A stretch of DNA of 64,000 nt from Myxococcales bacterium (GTDB taxonomy: Bacteria; Myxococcota; Myxococcia; Myxococcales; UBA5297), in NCBI GenBank assembly GCA_031552145.1, contig JAVBMV010000007.1:34486-98485 (forward strand), written 5' to 3'. Each line of letters starts with the position of its first letter. The stretch's first letter is position 1. Under the pieces are notes generated by a model that saw nothing but the letters and a program-made list of their open reading frames with translations, searched no databases and was not told the DNA's origin. Below are positions 62,258-64,000 of the stretch, piece after piece. The translations under genes and the position numbers were made by a program.

Positions 62258-63073
62258 CTACTTTGATTGCGCGGCTGGCTTCACTTCACCATTTGTTCTG
62301 TTCTGCGCGGCTCTCGTCCGGAGATGAATCTCTCTCGCCAGAGCGAAATAGGCTTCACTCCCCTTCGATCTCGGGTCATAGAGCGCGATGGGTTTTCCAA
62401 AACTGGGGCATTCGGAGAGGCGGACGTTTCGCGGGATCACCGTCTCGAAGACGCGATCGGCGAAGTGATTCCTGATCTCTCCCGCCACCTGCTGACAGAT
62501 GGTGACACGGCTGTCGAACATGGTGAGGAGAATACCCGTAATGGCCAGTTTGGGGTTCCAAGCGGCTCTCACCTTTTCGACGGTGGAGACGATCTTGGTG
62601 ATTCCTTCGAGCGCGAAGTACTCACATTGCATCGGTGTGATGACGCCATCGGCCGCAACCAGCGCATTGAGCGTCAAGAGGCCAAGTGATGGGGGGCAGT
62701 CGATGATGATGTAGTCATAGCGCTCTTGAAGCGGGGCGATCGCGCGCAGTAGGCGTTGTTCCCGTTCCTCGATCGCGACCAACTCCACTTCTGCCCCCGC
62801 AAGGTCATCGTTGGCGGGGAGAAGATGGAGCGAATCGACGGCAGTCGGCTGAATGAGATCGGCGGCGGGGGTACCATCCATGAGCAGGTCATAGACGCTC
62901 TGTTCGAGAGAGCCGGGGGCTACTCCCAAGCCGCTGCTGCTGTTCGACTGTGGGTCGATATCGACCAGGAGTGTCTCGTTACCAGAAAGCGCCAAGGAGG
63001 CGGCAAGATTGATCGCCGTGGTCGTCTTTCCGACACCACCCTTTTGAATTGCGACAGCATACGTTGAGCCCAT
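62258..63073 (-). CDS. parA: Chromosome partitioning ATPase ParA/Soj
   Basis: ...AIQKGGVGKTTTAINLAASLA... and ...YIIIDCPPSLGLLTLNAL... Confidence 0.95.
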   Translation of the reverse strand: MGSTYAVAIQKGGVGKTTTAINLAASLALSGNETLLVDIDPQSNSSSGLGVAPGSLEQSVYDLLMDGTPAADLIQPTAVDSLHLLPANDDLAGAEVELVAIEEREQRLLRAIAPLQERYDYIIIDCPPSLGLLTLNALVAADGVITPMQCEYFALEGITKIVSTVEKVRAAWNPKLAITGILLTMFDSRVTICQQVAGEIRNHFADRVFETVIPRNVRLSECPSFGKPIALYDPRSKGSEAYFALAREIHLRTRAAQNRTNGEVKPAAQSK

Positions 63074-63158
63074 TTGCGCTTCCCTCTGGTGTCGACTCTC
63101 TCGAGTGAACGAGGCGTCTTCGTAGCACGGAGGGCTGACAGCGGCAAGGAGAGGGGCC

Positions 63159-63174
63159 TATTTCACGTGGAACA
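63159..63174. promoter_or_regulatory. parS site (ParB-binding centromere-like palindrome)
   Basis: TATTTCACGTGGAACA compared with the consensus TGTTTCACGTGAAACA gives 14/16. Confidence 0.7.
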
Positions 63175-63282
63175 CGTATCTTCAGAAGCCCGCGGCCGCC
63201 TCGTTGCCGAGCGCGGACCATTGAGGCTCCTATGGCATGTAAGTATTTGATTTCACTGTGTTTATTGCCAAATCATGCTCGC

Positions 63283-63298
63283 TGTTTCACGTGGAACT
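63283..63298. promoter_or_regulatory. parS site, overlapping the rsmG stop codon
   Basis: TGTTTCACGTGGAACT compared with the consensus TGTTTCACGTGAAACA gives 14/16. Confidence 0.7.
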
Positions 63299-63994
63299 GC
63301 CCCCTGAAAGGCGCTCCCAGAGAAGGATTCGTCGGGCGGCTCTGGAGCGGGGAAGAAGGTAACGCTGCTCGTCCAACCGGCGCAGAGTGGACGGGAGCGA
63401 GGCGGGCTCCATGGTCTCCGCTCCTAGCATCGCCACGGCGAGCCCACCGGACCTTAGGTAATGCTGCGCCAGATGTGCCCATTCGGTCGGCGCCAAGAAG
63501 GCCCTGCTGACCACACAATCGGCTCCCTCGAGCTGCTCCTCGCTTGCCCTTCCTGTTGCCCTCGTTTGAAGCGCACGCAAGTTCTTCAACCCAAGGTGGG
63601 CCGCTGCGCTCTTCAAGAAGCCGATCTTTTTCCCAATGGAGTCGACTAGGGTGAAGTTCTTCTCCGGGAGAGCGATGGCGAGTACGACCCCAGGAAAGCC
63701 TCCGCCGGCCCCGATGTCGAGGATCTTCTCTCTGTTACGCCCCACGAGAGTGGCAACAAGGGAGAGAGAATCGACGAGATGCTCGTCAATGAGGCGCATT
63801 GGCTCGGTGATGGCGGTGAGATTGACCTTCCCATTCCACTCGAGGAGGAGCGAGAGGAAGGAGAGCATCTGCGCCGCCTGCTCTTGGGTGAGCGCAACAC
63901 CGAGCGTGGAGGCCCCATCGAGCAACTCCAGGAGCAGCGCGGGCCTATCGTCCAGCGCGGGCCCATGGCCGAAGTTCCTACCCATCATGTTCAC
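63287..63994 (-). CDS. rsmG: 16S rRNA (guanine527-N7)-methyltransferase RsmG (GidB)
   Basis: ...LLEWNGKVNLTAI... and ...ILDIGAGGGFPGVVLAIA.... The start is near the window edge and is uncertain. Confidence 0.9.
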   Translation of the reverse strand: MNMMGRNFGHGPALDDRPALLLELLDGASTLGVALTQEQAAQMLSFLSLLLEWNGKVNLTAITEPMRLIDEHLVDSLSLVATLVGRNREKILDIGAGGGFPGVVLAIALPEKNFTLVDSIGKKIGFLKSAAAHLGLKNLRALQTRATGRASEEQLEGADCVVSRAFLAPTEWAHLAQHYLRSGGLAVAMLGAETMEPASLPSTLRRLDEQRYLLPRSRAARRILLWERLSGGSST

Positions 63995-64000
63995 TCCTAT

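Noticed and set aside
1-64000. I looked for CRISPR arrays, rRNA genes, additional tRNAs and retron/RT or Cas genes.
   Set aside because: I saw no regularly spaced short direct repeats, no rRNA-like stretches and no second cloverleaf-capable sequence. The only other tRNA-like sequence is the tRNA-Pro fragment at 18586-18630. No reverse-transcriptase or Cas signatures appear in the ORF translations.

Overview
This is a high-GC bacterial chromosomal segment, roughly 68-70% GC by eye. Gene content and style suggest Myxococcota, but that is inference only. In this GC range all six frames carry long ORFs, so I made calls from recognisable protein motifs, start and RBS context and operon logic, not from ORF length.

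The window splits into three blocks.

(1) 1-8.0 kb, core-like genes:
- a partial aldehyde dehydrogenase;
- a large secreted M60/ImpA-like metalloprotease with three Ig-like repeats;
- a duplicated DUF1254/DUF1214 protein.

(2) About 8.0-24.3 kb, a mosaic accessory region that ends at an intact tRNA-Pro(CGG):
- AbiE toxin-antitoxin remnants flanking a MerR/cation-efflux cassette;
- a lower-GC cluster of exported 'cytoplasmic-type' enzymes under a TetR regulator;
- immunity-like small genes;
- an IS66 transposase remnant;
- a 5.6-kb, integrase-less island integrated into tRNA-Pro, bounded by 45-bp direct repeats at 18586-18630 and 24197-24241.

The island core is low-GC. It carries a kinase-like/cytidine-deaminase fusion of the anti-phage dCTP-deaminase (DcdV/DCD) type whose 3' end overlaps the start of an uncharacterised ~306-aa ORF. 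It also carries a convergent TIR-domain/zinc-ribbon protein, a second IS66-end remnant and a RhuM-family gene. This is the best candidate for an undescribed defence module.

(3) 24.4-64 kb, housekeeping genes:
- PBP4, kdsB and a split nuo cluster (E-F then J-N);
- a LemA/M48 pair, a hybrid histidine kinase, radA and glgA;
- an Upf1-like helicase-nuclease, a pseudouridine synthase and proS;
- the origin-proximal set rsmG-parA-parB-dnaN with two parS sites.

Smaller signals:
- a sigma-54-type promoter followed by a strong hairpin plus U8, upstream of a single-domain response regulator next to nuoN;
- a tandem palindromic (CG)n motif upstream of lemA;
- a MerR-type operator.

I saw no rRNA and no CRISPR array.
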